Positions 1-12,220 of a DNA stretch of 64,000 nt are shown in pieces (position 1 is the stretch's first letter; each line of letters opens with the position of its first letter). Position numbers and translations under genes: made by a program. The stretch lies in NCBI RefSeq assembly GCF_001194135.2, contig NC_068982.1:178076212-178140211 (forward strand), read 5' to 3'. A model generated the notes under the pieces. That model saw nothing but the letters and a program-made list of their open reading frames with translations. It was not told the origin of the DNA and ran no database searches. This DNA comes from Octopus bimaculoides. Its lineage: Eukaryota.

Positions 1-318
1 TTCATACTCTTAATTGCTTTATCTACCCTGGTACTATCAACTCGGATAGCTGGTCCCTCTATTGGGTCGACATAAGGCAGGCTCTCTTTCTCCCATTCAT
101 TCTCTTTATTAAGCAATCTATCGTAGTGGCATCTCCAGACCTCTTTCTTTGCATCCTCATTTAATGCAAGCGTACCATCATCCATGCGAACACATTTCTC
201 TCCTACAACATCACTATTCTCTCTCCTACACTGTCTTGCAACCCGAAATACCTCGAGTCTTTGGTCCTCACGGCGCAGAACATTGGCAAATCTTTCCTTA
301 TCTGCTTCCCCTCTGGTC
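1..318 (-). mobile_element. RTE-clade LINE ORF fragment (linker between endonuclease and RT), continues off window start
   Basis: Minus strand reads open as ...GEADKERFANVLRREDQRLEVFRVARQCRRENSDVVGEKCVRMDDGTLALNEDAKKEVWRCHYDRLLNKENEWEKESLPYVDPIEGPAIRVDS..., matching the same region of the LINE at 40941-41348 (WKCHYGRLLNMENAWEKESL..PIEGPAIRVDS). Confidence 0.85.
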
Positions 319-331
319 TAAACTTAACAGC

Positions 332-560
332 TTAACCCTTTAGCATTTAAACTGGCCACATCTGGCCTTAATATTCTACTTGTTTCATATGTTCAAACTG
401 GCAAGATCCAGCCTCTCACACTTACCCAACAATTCATTCTAAAAATAAACAATCACATCATTGAAATGTTGAAGCTACAAGATAATGCATTATTAATTCA
501 AAATAATAAGGATAAATAAGCATTACATTTGACAGAATAAATTGAATGCTCAAGGGTTAA
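332..560 (+). mobile_element. TTAA-flanked MITE (piggyBac-type), copy 1
   Basis: TTAA at 332-335 and 557-560; termini CCCTTTAGCATT...AATGCTCAAGGG; homologous copies at 16755-16973 and 26990-27218. Confidence 0.85.
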
Positions 561-2433
561 ATGTGCACAGTAAAATTAGGCTTTGAATGTATGAAATATA
601 ACCCACTGATCCACAGGTCGTATCAAGCTGATTGAGTTTGGTAGCAGAAAAGTACTTGAACATTATCTGTCAAATCAATCATATTAAGTGGGTGACCTGC
701 AGCATTGTCAACAAAAAGCAAGGCACTATTTTCATGGTTCTTTGTCTGGCAGTATTCTTTGACAGCTGAGCAGAAACAGGAAACAAATCAATTTTGGAAT
801 ATTGTTCAAGTGACTCACTTCTTTTCATTTTATCTTTATATATCTGGAAGATGAGATTTAGAGTAGACTTTCATAATTATTGATGTCTCACTCAAAATGA
901 TAAAGAGCCAATGGCTTGAGCTTTAGAACTCTATGAAGTGTTACTATCAAGTAGGTGAGTCATACAATCTTTGGCAGCTTTGAAACCTAGTGCAACATTT
1001 TCTCCTTTAAAAATCTAAGTTCATTTTAGCATTTGTTTCCAAGACAGGCTTGTCTAATCTACATAAAAAAAATTCACTGTGATGTCTATCTTTCTTTGTC
1101 AAAAATAGTTTTCTTTAAAGCTGGAAATGCAGCTCCATTTTCTTTCTTGGCACTTGCAGACTCATCTGTTATCTGTATGTTACATAATTTTGAGAAATTC
1201 TTGAGATGCTCAAACCAACCTTGAGTTTTCACTTTCATCATAGAACCTTACTTTTTCTATAGGTCATCAAACTCAACACTTTCATTTGTGCCATGAATAG
1301 TTATGCTGTTGCATGTCCTCTATCTATATGTTTAACAGTCTTTCCATATTTTCCATAAAGCTGGTTTTATTCCAAGTTAATTTTGTAACAATTACACAAT
1401 CATTAATTTCTGTTTTTTCAGTATTACTGTGAATTGTTCATACAGTTGTTGGATGCAGATGAATAACTCTTCTATTATCTACAGCTTCCTATCCATCATT
1501 GAATCTCTGTAATAGTTCTAATTTAGTTTCTAATATTACACTTCTTTCCTGTCTGCCCATGGTAGCATAGAGCATGCTTAGGTAACAGGGCAAAAGGGCT
1601 AAATCAAGGAATATTTGCAAAGCAAAAATTGCAAGGAATACTCCTTACTACTACTAAGTTAAAAAACTAAACAATCACAAAAGCTGGTGAGTTTTGAAAT
1701 TAGCAGGTTTTGCAATAATTTGCTACTTAACCACTTTGTTTCAATGTGTATATTTATCAATTTCTATATTCATTTATTCCAATCTCTATAGTTAATAATT
1801 TTCCCCAATTTATTATAATTTTCATTTAATACCATGTATAAAAAACAAAAAGTTAATCTGATAGTGGAAAAATGAAAAGGAAATTTTATACTCAGTACAA
1901 CCCATGCTAGCATGGAAAGCAGACGTTAAACGATGATGATGATGATGATGATGATTGAAGAAAATAGAGTCACTTATAATTTATGTAGATTAATAAAGAT
2001 AAAAAATTCTGCTTTAGTAGTGTATTAATTTGTATGTGTTAAATACAATTTCATTCTTTATTTTTCATTATTATTCATGAATATTCATGGATAATGATTA
2101 AACACTGTAGACTGATCTTCGATGATCAATGAGAAATTGAATGATTAGTATCTGCATACATCATTTTTAAAATTTTCATTTTTATTTTTCTGTACTGAAA
2201 AAATAATGTAATAGGTTATAAATAGCAGGAAAAATGAAAAAAGAAAACGAATTCTATAAGAGAGGCATACATTTTATGACTTTTTAATTTACACTTTTTG
2301 TTTTTTTGTTATAAAAGATAGAGGACTGCCTGTATATGCCTCCATACATCTATTAAGTACAATTCAAACATTTCTTTTGAAGTAAAAGGAACAACTCCTA
2401 CACACATCTCTATCTATCTCTCTTTCACACACA

Positions 2434-2435
<2 letters not shown>

Positions 2436-2477
<42 letters not shown>
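2436..2477. repeat. (CA)n microsatellite (similar tracts at ~9090-9180, ~14110-14190; (AG)n/(TG)n at ~22485-22522; (GAT)n at ~22148-22196; A40 at 16166-16205)
   Basis: Directly visible simple repeats. Confidence 0.95.
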
Positions 2478-2479
<2 letters not shown>

Positions 2480-3524
2480 CTCATAACTGCATAAAAATCA
2501 ATAAAAATATTTTAATTCATGACATGTAAATAATACACCTTTAGAATACCACACTAAACAAGACTTTTGCACTTAATATTAGCAGTCTTCTTCAAAATAT
2601 GACATTCAAACTTCCTGACCAATGTTCCAATGGAACATGTCCACATAACTAATTACCTAAATAGTGCTGAAACCAAGAATTTGTCATCTTTTCAATGTTG
2701 TTGAACATAATTCATTAAATTAATGGATAAAAAAAACAAAAAAAAACAACCAAATTTAAGCAACTAATTTTAAATCAATAATTTATTTTAACTACAGACC
2801 TACATTAAAATAAATATAATTAGCACAGTTGCTATGTCTATGAATTCACTTATAGCACATTCCTGGAAGTTATGTCTTAATTTCTCCTCAGCTTTCCTTC
2901 ATTGAATATTTAACTAACTTCATCCAAATTAATGTTCATAGTAAGTCAAAAGTCGAAAAATATCTTCTCTACTAGAATATGAGGACCACATTTATCTAAA
3001 TTTCAATAGTTTTCTACATAAAAGTTAGGCAGTTAAATGATACTGTAATATGAACTAACAAAAGAGAGGACTTGTAGCTCTATATCAGTAGATGTAGCTG
3101 AAGGTAGACAAGCTTGATAAGCATGGTTAATTTGACTAAGAGTAAGCCAACACAGGAGTAAAAGTAGTAGGGAGAAAGATTGACAGTTGAGTGAGGAACT
3201 GACGAGTAATATTTCTTCCATGTGACTCCAAACTTACAAACCCCTACACTCTTTTATGAATCATGCTTCAGCATCAATAGTTTGTCAATGCAAAATATAA
3301 AACTTAAATTAAATACTTTAATGAAAAGATTAGAATTACAGATAAACAAACCAACTAAATATGAGATAAATAGATAAATAGGGAATGTTAATCACAGATT
3401 CAAAGATTTAGAACAACTTTCAAAATTAGACAAAAATAGAAATAACATTTAGCTTTAACATTTTTTAATACTTCTATTTTGTTAACTCCTTATTGACATA
3501 TGTTTAAATAATTGATACATTCTT

Positions 3525-3712
3525 CATCATCATCATCGTTTAACGTCCGCTTTCCATGTTAGCATGGGATGGATGATTTGACTGAGGACTGGTGAACCAG
3601 ATGGCTGCACCAGGCTCCAATCTGATCTGGTAGAGTTTCTACAGCTGGATGCCCTTCCTAACGCCAATCACTCCGAGTGTGTAGTGGGTGCTTTTACATG
3701 CCACCGGCACGT
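3525..3712 (-). mobile_element. RTE 3'-end-derived repeat (family A, (GAT)n tail)
   Basis: Reverse complement of the shared tail CACCCACTACAC...GGAAGGGCATCCAGCTGTAGAAAC...CCATGCTAGCATGGAAAGCGGACGTTAAACGATGATGATG seen at the end of the LINE at 8875. Confidence 0.9.
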
Positions 3713-3899
3713 AAAATAGAAGTAGTTAAATAGAAGATGATTAACTTTTAGTTCACAATTAAGGAATATTTAAAGCAAAATAAGGAATGGATTTAGTTTC
3801 CTCTTCATTCTGCATGGTTAAAAAGTTTTCAAGAGTTTCCTTTATTACAATGATTTAAGTATATGTTTAGAAAATAGCTTAATTTCAGAAATGCAAAAA

Positions 3900-5177
3900 T
3901 AGGGAAAGACATACATGAAACTAGTTCCCACATTTGTTAAATCAAGCAGATGTTAAATGACTTAGTGCATGATTTGGAATTACCAAAAGAAAAGGTAGAG
4001 TTGCTTGGTTCTAGACTTCAAGAACAGAATTTTCTCCAGCCAAACACCAGAGTTGCCCATTTTTGCCATCACCATCTGCAGTTTGTATCATTTTACTTAC
4101 AGGAGGAAAACATTTGTTTCTGCCAGGATATCAGTGGCCTGATGGAAAGTATTGGCTTTCACTGTGATCCAAAAGATTCTAGTAAAGCTAGCCTTAAAGC
4201 AGTATTACTGCACAATGGCAATAAAAATCCTTCAATACCTGTAGCACATGCAACTGGCCTTAATCAGAGTTAAGAATCAATGGAAATGCTGCTTAGACTC
4301 ATCAAATATAAGGACCACTTATGTAATATTTATGGTGACCTTAAAGATGTATCATTACTTCTTAGGTTACAGTTGGGCTACACAAAGCACATGTGTTTTA
4401 TGTGTCTATGGAACTGCAGAGATGACAAGAACCACTACAAAAATCATGACTGGCTATCTAGAACTGAATATGTTGTTGGTAAACACAATGTGAAACACCC
4501 AGCACTTATTGACCCTCAGAAAGTACATCCTTCACCACTTCTCATTAAACTTGGCCTTCTAAAAATTTTGTGAAGAGTATGGTTTCCAATATTGAAAGGA
4601 ACATTAACAGATGCTAAGCTAGAAGCTGGAGTTTTCACTGGACCACAGATATGCAATGTAATCCATGATTCATCATTCCCATCTAATCTAAATGAAAATG
4701 AACTAGGAGCATGGACATCTTTTGCTGTTGTCAAAAATTTTCTTGGAAACTACAAGGCTGAAAATAACTGAACTGACAGAAAATTTGCTTAAATCTTATG
4801 AAAAAATGGGATGCAGAATGTCTATGAAAATGCATTTTTTACATTCTCATCTTGACTTCCTCCAAGCCAACCTTGGGGCTGTAAGTGACAAGCATGGTGA
4901 GTGCTTCCATCAACAGATCTCAGTTATGGAAAACAGATACCAAGGTAATTTCAACCCAAATATGATGGGAGATTATTGTTGGTTCATGCAGATGGACAGC
5001 TCATCATTCTACAAGCAACAAAGGAAGAGGAAACACCAACATTTCACTTAAGAAGTCTTGACATGATAGAGAAACTTTGATATCAGACCTGAAATTAACA
5101 TCAGAAATTTGGTAGGAATCAGTAGTTTACATGTCTGTGACAAAAAAACAACAAAAGTTGAAATTTGTTGTCTAGTG
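3900..5177 (+). mobile_element. Decayed DNA transposon, CMC/Chapaev-3-like transposase pseudogene with right terminus
   Basis: Overlapping frameshifted ORFs 3950-4273, 4280-4573, 4722-5051 give LNDLVHDLELPKEKVELLGSRL, SLKAVLLHNGN, DLK, GYTKHMCFMCLW, PLLIKLGL, MKMHFLHSHLD, SDKHGECFHQ, MENRYQG, MMGDYCW. The right end reads ...AAATTTGTTGTCTAGTG (reverse complement starts CAC). Superfamily assignment is from remembered motif similarity, not a search. Confidence 0.7.
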
Positions 5178-5289
5178 TTATCAATATGATATATGTTCAG
5201 CAGTATTTAGTTATGTCCAAGAGAAAGTGAAATGCTTAAGAATACCTTTAGGCTCTGATGAAGGTGTATTATTATGACAAAGCAGTGGA

Positions 5290-5720
5290 TCTAAGTATTT
5301 AAGGAGTGGAACATACAATTTCCTGTAAGTCAGACTGCCTCATGGTCCCAGCAGACAAAATGTAAAGAGTTGCCCCGGAGGATGACAAGGGAGATCACTG
5401 GAACAGCCACTCTGATTCATGGGGCTTGCATTTGCAGACAGCCATCACTGTCCCAATAGCGGTGAGCAAGGATACAGTCTGGGGGCTAAGAATACCGGTG
5501 GTCTCAAATGCCACAGGCTTGACCATAAACCTGTTGGAGAATGACCAGTACTTTGGCAGTTTGCTTTTCTCAGCTTGATGGGCAGCAGAGCCTGGGCTGA
5601 TAGCTGACCACACCAAGTTGCCACTGAAAAAAGTATCACAGCATGTGGCATGCCAGATTAGTGGCCTACTGCCACGGAATGGGAACTTCTTCCAATTCCA
5701 GGCTCAACTGTAAATGAGAT
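5290..5720 (-). mobile_element. CRE-like non-LTR retrotransposon 3' fragment (restriction-like endonuclease domain)
   Basis: Minus-strand translation PLIWHATCCDTF...PGSAAHQAEKSKLPKYWSFSNRFMVKPVAFETTG...HESEWLFQ fits the WDxT...AAxxAExxKxxKY...PxAxETxG pattern of RLE-bearing LINEs. Confidence 0.7.
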
Positions 5721-7351
5721 CATTCCATACTTTCTCAAAACTTCACTGCATTTATCTAAGTAATGGTTGATTCAGAGATAAATTAGGACACTGAGGAGAA
5801 AGAAATTAATGAGAAATAAATTCCCTGGGGAATAAAAAATAGATTAGTTCATAAAAATAATTTTAGCTTTTATTTATAATAATAGCTGACACTATTTTTA
5901 CAAGCAAATATAACCAGATATATATTTGCAAACAATATATAAGCATTGAAAATTAAAGGAAAAAGTGGTAAGGTTGATCTCGGAATGCTGAGTCACCAGG
6001 AGATGACAAAAGGACAACAAGTAAAGATGCTGTATCAAAATAGACCCATCCAACCTATATCAGCATGGAAGGAGAGACTTAAAAAGTGATGATGATAATC
6101 CTGCTGATACAGAGGTTTCATAAAAATACTTCAATCAATATGAGGAGGAAAATTCAGTATATATCTATATAATAAGCAGCTTGTTCATTTGACCATTATA
6201 CTTTAGTTAGTAAAAGAGGTGGAAGTGGAGTGAGGTGGAGTGAGGTAGGTGAAGAGAGTGAGAGAGAGAAGGGGAGGCATGTGAGTAGAGAAGAAGTGAG
6301 GAAAAAGTAGAGAAAGATGTGTAATAAGGCCAAATGCATTACATGGTTCATTGAAGGGAGAGACAAAGAGTGAGAGAAAAAGACATTGAGAGAAGTGCAC
6401 TGTAGGTGGAGGGGTAAAGAGAAAGAGATACGTTTACAATACAATATTTAGCAGAGAGTGATGTTCTGGTTAAAGAAACACAGAGAGAAATGGACAAGGG
6501 GAGGCAGTTACATTAAGAGGGAGAGAGAGAGCGTTTGTATTGTTAGAGTAGAGATACATCAACAGCAAGAAAATGTAGATATAAACAAACAGCTGAACTG
6601 AACTGAAATGAAATGAGCTTTGTTACTGAAAACTATAGTGATGATAGTGGCGGTGGTGGTGTGTTGATAGAGAAAAATAATTTTTTTATTGAACTGAAGG
6701 TATAATATTATTCTTCTACCTATTTGTTCACATTTTACACATTAATTTGTTAGAGAGGAGGAGGAGGTGGAGTGAGAGAGAGGAAGAGGGAATGTGAGAA
6801 TGAGTGATAGAGCAGATACCCAGCCAATGAATTATGCTGTCACTCATGTAGTTAGTGGAAGTGACAGATGAAGAGAAAGAGAGAAATGTTAAAGACATGG
6901 TTAAAAAGTTTGTTGAAGAGGTAGAGAGAAAGAAAGAAATATAAAGTGCTTAGCAAAGAGAAATTTTAAAATTATATAATTGTGATTGGAATTGAAATAA
7001 TAAAATATAAATAAAAATGCAAATCATCTTTTCTCTCTTAAATAGCTTCTCTTTATCTTTCTCGTTCTGTGGAATTTCCACAGGTTCCACTACTTAAATA
7101 TAAAGGAAATACAGGAAATACAAAAAAAAAATAAATAAAATAAAGTTGTGTCGGCTGAATAGACAAAAATGGATAATTGGAATAGAGGAATAATTTTGTT
7201 CATCTGCAAATTATAAAAGAACCATAGATAAAGGCAGAACTGAAGATTAGCTGATTTCATATTCAAAAATATCTTATGAAAGTGGAATAAAATTAATGGT
7301 AAAATATCACAATTTATTAGGTCTGTACTAATCATTAATTATAATATACCA

Positions 7352-8875
7352 CAGGAATTCAAGACGGGATGCCCCTGGGAGCTCCTCTATGCTAAAGACC
7401 TTGCCCTAATTGCTGAGTCACTATCAGAACTAGAGAAGTTTCAGGTGTGGAAGCAAAGACTAGAATCAAAGGGCCTTAGAGTCAACCTAGCTAAAACCAA
7501 AGTCCTAATAAGTAGGAAGGTAAACAAAACACAAACCCCTTCAGGTAGATGGCCCTGCTCGATCTGTAGAAAAGGCGTAGGTAGAAACTCCATAAGTTGT
7601 ACCCAGTGTAAGCTATGGACACATAAGAGGTGCAGCAATAACAAAGGAAGGCTAACTAGCAAGATAGTTTTTGTATGTGGCAGATGCTCAAGAGCAATAA
7701 ACACTGAAAATGTGCAGAAAACAACTTTTGCCACATTCCAGGGAGAAAAACTAGAAGTAGTTGATAGCTTCCGCTATCTAGGTGACCAAGTTAGTAGCTG
7801 GGGAGAGTGCGCTGAAAGTGTAGCTGCTAGAATAAGAATAGCTTGGGCAAAGTTCAGAGAGCTTTTACCTCTGCTGGTGACAAAGGGCCTCTCACTCAGA
7901 GTAAAAGGCAGACTGTATGACGCATGTGTACGAACCACCATGCTACATGGCAGTGAAACATGGGCCGTGACTGCTGAGGACATGCACAAGCTCGCAAGAA
8001 ATGAAACCAATATGCTCCGGTGGATGTGTAATGTCAGTGTGCATACTCGACTGAGTGTAAGTACCTTGAGAGAAAAGTTGGACCTAAGAAGCATAAGCTG
8101 TGGTGTGCAAAAGAGATGATTGCGCTGGTATGGACATGTGGCAAGAATGGATGAGGATAGCTGTGTGAAAAAGTACCACACCCTAGCAGTTGAGGGAACC
8201 TGTGGAAGAGGTAGACCCAGGAAGACCTGGGATGAGGTGGTGAAGTACAACCTTTGAACTTTAGGCCTCACCGAGGCAATGACTAGTGACCGGGACCTTT
8301 GGAAATATGAAGTACGTGAGAAGACCCGGCAAGCCAAGTGAGAGCATAATCTGTGGCCTCTGCCAGAAGTGTAGCCAGCTCACTTATTCGTATCTTTACT
8401 TCATTGGACACTAAACTCTGCTTGCGAAGACCTGTTGAGGCAAGTGAATTTGAAATCGAAATCGAACCAAATTCGAAGACTGGCACCTGTGCCAGTGGAA
8501 CACTAACAGCACGGTCCAAGCGTGATCATTTCCAGATCAGCTGTCTGGCTTCTGTGCTAGTGGCATGTAAATAGCACCATTTGAGTGTGATCGTTACCAG
8601 CATCGCCTTACTGGCACTTGTGCCGGTGGCACATAAAAAACACCATTTTGAGCATGGCCGTTGCGAGTACCACGTGACTGTTCCTCGTGCCAGTGGCACA
8701 TAAAAGCACCCACTACACTCTCGGAGTGGTTGGCACTAGGAAGGGCATCCAGCTGTAGAAACTGTGCCAGATCAGATTGGAGCCTGGTGCAGCCATCCGG
8801 TTCACCAGCACTCACTCAAATCGTCCAACCCATGCTAGCATGGAAAGCGGACGGTAAACAATGATGATGATGATT
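7352..8875 (+). mobile_element. 5'-truncated RTE-clade LINE (RT C-terminal half with embedded C4HC3 finger, 3' UTR, (GAT)n tail)
   Basis: GCPWELLYAKD (YADD decayed), ORF 7445-8119 with KGLRVNLAKTKV, EVVDSFRYLGD, AWAKFRELLPLL, LHGSETW; in-frame stops downstream; ends in (GAT)n. Confidence 0.93.
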
Positions 8876-10609
8876 ATAGGCACAACCCAGCCCATATTTA
8901 TTCAAATAAACACAGGTTTTCACTTGGCTGCAATTAAAACAAAACTGTGTAGCAGCAATGCAAGATAAAGTGAAAGTAGTTAACAATCTGAAAATAAATA
9001 AATAAATAACTCCTATTATCAGGCAGGCAGGCTACTCTAAGAATGATTTTCACTGTTCAAAATAATAATAGAAAACATTCATGTGTACGTACACACACAT
9101 GCACACACACACATGTGCATGCACACACACACATGTGCATGCACACACGTGCCCACACACACACACACGTGCGCACACACACTTCTATTACTTCAACAGG
9201 AATACTGATAGCCACAAAGAGGTTGGTTAAACTTCTAGATATTCAATTAGTTACCTCTTTCTAGGCAATAAGTCAACTCAAAAACAAAATCCCATTGACC
9301 TTCCTTTTCTACTACTTGTCGTTATTCTTAAGTATCCACTATTCTACAAAATCTAAAAACTGCTTCTGTATCACACTCCCTTCTGTTTTTTTTTTTTATA
9401 CATTTTCATGTTTAAAAAATTACCTCCAACATGATAGTTGGAAGGTTATGATGCTAGAATACTGACCACATAGTTATATGTTCAAACCTTGCAACAGACA
9501 GGCTGTCTGTAGATCAGCCATATTATACTGATTCAGGCACACTGAGGTTAGTTCTGTGCCTCATCAATGATTGAGTGGTTTGCAGAAAGAACAACAACCA
9601 ACTGTTAAAAAATATGCTCCCACAATGTGTAAGTATCCAACTTATATCAATATACATCAAAATCTATCGACCTTCTTTTCCTCTACACTTTCAAACAGAA
9701 AGAAATTTTATGGTCTATGACTAATGTTCCTCCTCCTCATTTAGAAAAAGTAATTATATTAAAACAATCTATAAAGTTGCTGTACTGAGTCAAAATTTAT
9801 TTTCCTGTATCATTCAAGTGTTTTAGATATTTATAAATGTTTATTGCCACTTGTTAGTAAAGGTCAGAGAATTTAGCAGGTTAATTATAGAGTACACTTG
9901 AATCCACAGGCTATATATATATTAGAACTTTTATTTTAAAAAGCAGGGTTTTTTCTATTCAATACCTTAAAATATTTTGTCAATACACAAATTATATTAT
10001 CAACCTCACAATTAATATTTTACCTAATTGCAACTTGATGTTTTGGTGATAAAAATAGTAGCTCAGGGAATATGAGAGAAGTAAATGAAACATTTCAACA
10101 TGCTTAAACATTTGCGCATTTCAAATAGAAAATTACTGTTATTTTCTATACAAGCAGACTAATAGTGATTAGATGTTTTGAGATTGTATTTTTGGTTTTA
10201 TTTTCTGAATACAGTAGACTATGTTATTATTGAGTTGTCAGTCAAAATTGACTTGATTTAACCACAACAATAAAACTAATAAGTGTTTATCGCTGAATAG
10301 CAAATGAATAATTGCCTTTATCTAACCTGAAAATAAAAGGAATCCAACAAAGTTCAGTGAACACTGAAACCAATTTTTTCTGAGATTTCAAGACACTCAA
10401 CCATCAGAGAAAAAGGTCATTGCTATTAACCTTAGAAACAATAAACCCTTCCAAAAGCAAAAATAATTTTACACACTAAAGAAATGTAAGTTAGACAAGA
10501 CAACAAATAAGAACCAAGTTACTATTTGATATTTTATCCATATGTAGTAAAAACACTACAGCTGAGCATATAAATGTCAATCTTTTACTAAGTATACTAC
10601 AGATTGCAT

Positions 10610-10895
10610 GTTAGGAGCAGTCTTAAGCATATCTTGGAGAACTCGTCCCAACAAGAAACAGCTATATGGAGATCTCCTGCCTGTTTCAACCTTTATAAGG
10701 GAAAGGCGCTTGCATTTTGTGGGACTGTTGATGAGCTAAACAAAAGCTGGCAGGTGATCTGCTGCTATGGATGCTAAAGCATGGCCTTACTCAAGCTGGT
10801 CATCCAAACACAACATATGTAGATCAACTCACCAGTGACACTGGATGCCTCCCTGAAGACCTCACTCAACTAATGCAGGATTGAGATGGATGGTG
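10610..10895 (+). mobile_element. Older RTE-clade LINE C-terminal fragment (different family)
   Basis: Translates as LSISWRTRPNKKQLYGDLLPVSTFIRERRLHFVG...LLLW...GHPNTTYVDQLTSDTG...LMQD, typical of RTE ORF ends. Confidence 0.75.
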
Positions 10896-12001
10896 TGTTA
10901 AAAATGTTCAAGCAAGCTCAACCAAATGATGATAATAGATTGCATGTGAACAACTATCTAGTACAGAATTGTAAAGATGTGTGTAACTTAAATATCCATT
11001 ATATTTTATCATATGTAATTCTATACCAATGGTAAAAGATCAATGCATAGCATTAAGGTTTAAAAATATACCTGTATAGGCCCACTTGAATATAGATACG
11101 CACTATCAGTTATCAACTGTTGTGCTAGTTTTTGTGGATCAGCTTCATTTGAAGAAACATCATAATGTACAAAACTCAGAGGACCAGGTCATCACTTGCA
11201 AGAAATGTAAGAGCCAGACTTGCTTGGCAATTGGAATCCAAATGTGATGTAAAGACACTGGAATTAGAAACCTAATAGAATTTAAAAATCAACTTTGAGT
11301 AGAACTTTACTTGTCCCAAATGTAAGAGGCAATAGTTAGGTGATAAGAACAGATTTGAATGAATGAGAAACTCAGTTCCTATGACACAAGTTACTTTACT
11401 ACTAGCAGTTAAGACAGAGGGGAATTCTTTTTTTTATTGTTTAATCAAAAAGAAGGAGCCTGTACCCAGGAATTTTGCAGGTTTTTGGAGACTGTTGTAG
11501 CTGATGTTCAGATAATGACTGCAGGAAAAACATAGGTAGGAAAGAATGGACACAGTGCCTAGTACAGCACCCATGATACAGTATGAAAGAAAAAAGGAGG
11601 ATAGCCAAGTGTGTTGGGTGGGCTTAGGTAGAGGTATTATCCAAACAAGGTATCTTTCAGAAATAGGCCACTGTCATAAAAAGAAAGACAGAATGAAGAG
11701 ATAGTGCAATAGTGAGCTAGAAGTTTGTGTGCAGGTAAATTACTTTTTCCCATTGGTACATTTATATCCCAAATGTGTACCACTTCATGGAACAATTTAA
11801 ATATGTTAAGCTTTTTCTTCTAGCCATTGATATAAACAGTTCTGCAATTTTTAGAAAAACTTCATATATCAAAGATTAGAAAGTTGAGGATATACTATGC
11901 TATAGCTGAGAATATTTTATAGTATTATTGAACTTAGTGTCAAACCTAAGTCTCTAATTCCAAGATTGGCAGAAGAAAAGCAGTAATATACTGAAGTAAT
12001 T

Positions 12002-12188
12002 CAGTTCTATATTTAAGAGATGAAGAATTATGTACATTATTTACATTTGACAGATACTTGTCCTCATCTTGTTTATTAACACGTTTCGGCTGATGTACCC
12101 TCCAGCCTTCATCATGTGTCTTGGGGAAATTTCGAACCTGGGTTCTCATTCCTAAGGTATTTTTCGATGTTACTGTTATTATTATTAC

Positions 12189-12220
<32 letters not shown>

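Noticed and set aside
5246-5275. CTGATGA as another hammerhead core
   Set aside because: No stem II or GAAA follows.
6196-6960. Leu/Ser/Phe-rich ORFs (also 25800-26327, 38786-39568, 47090-47545)
   Set aside because: Translations of GA/CT-rich low-complexity DNA with no homology signal.
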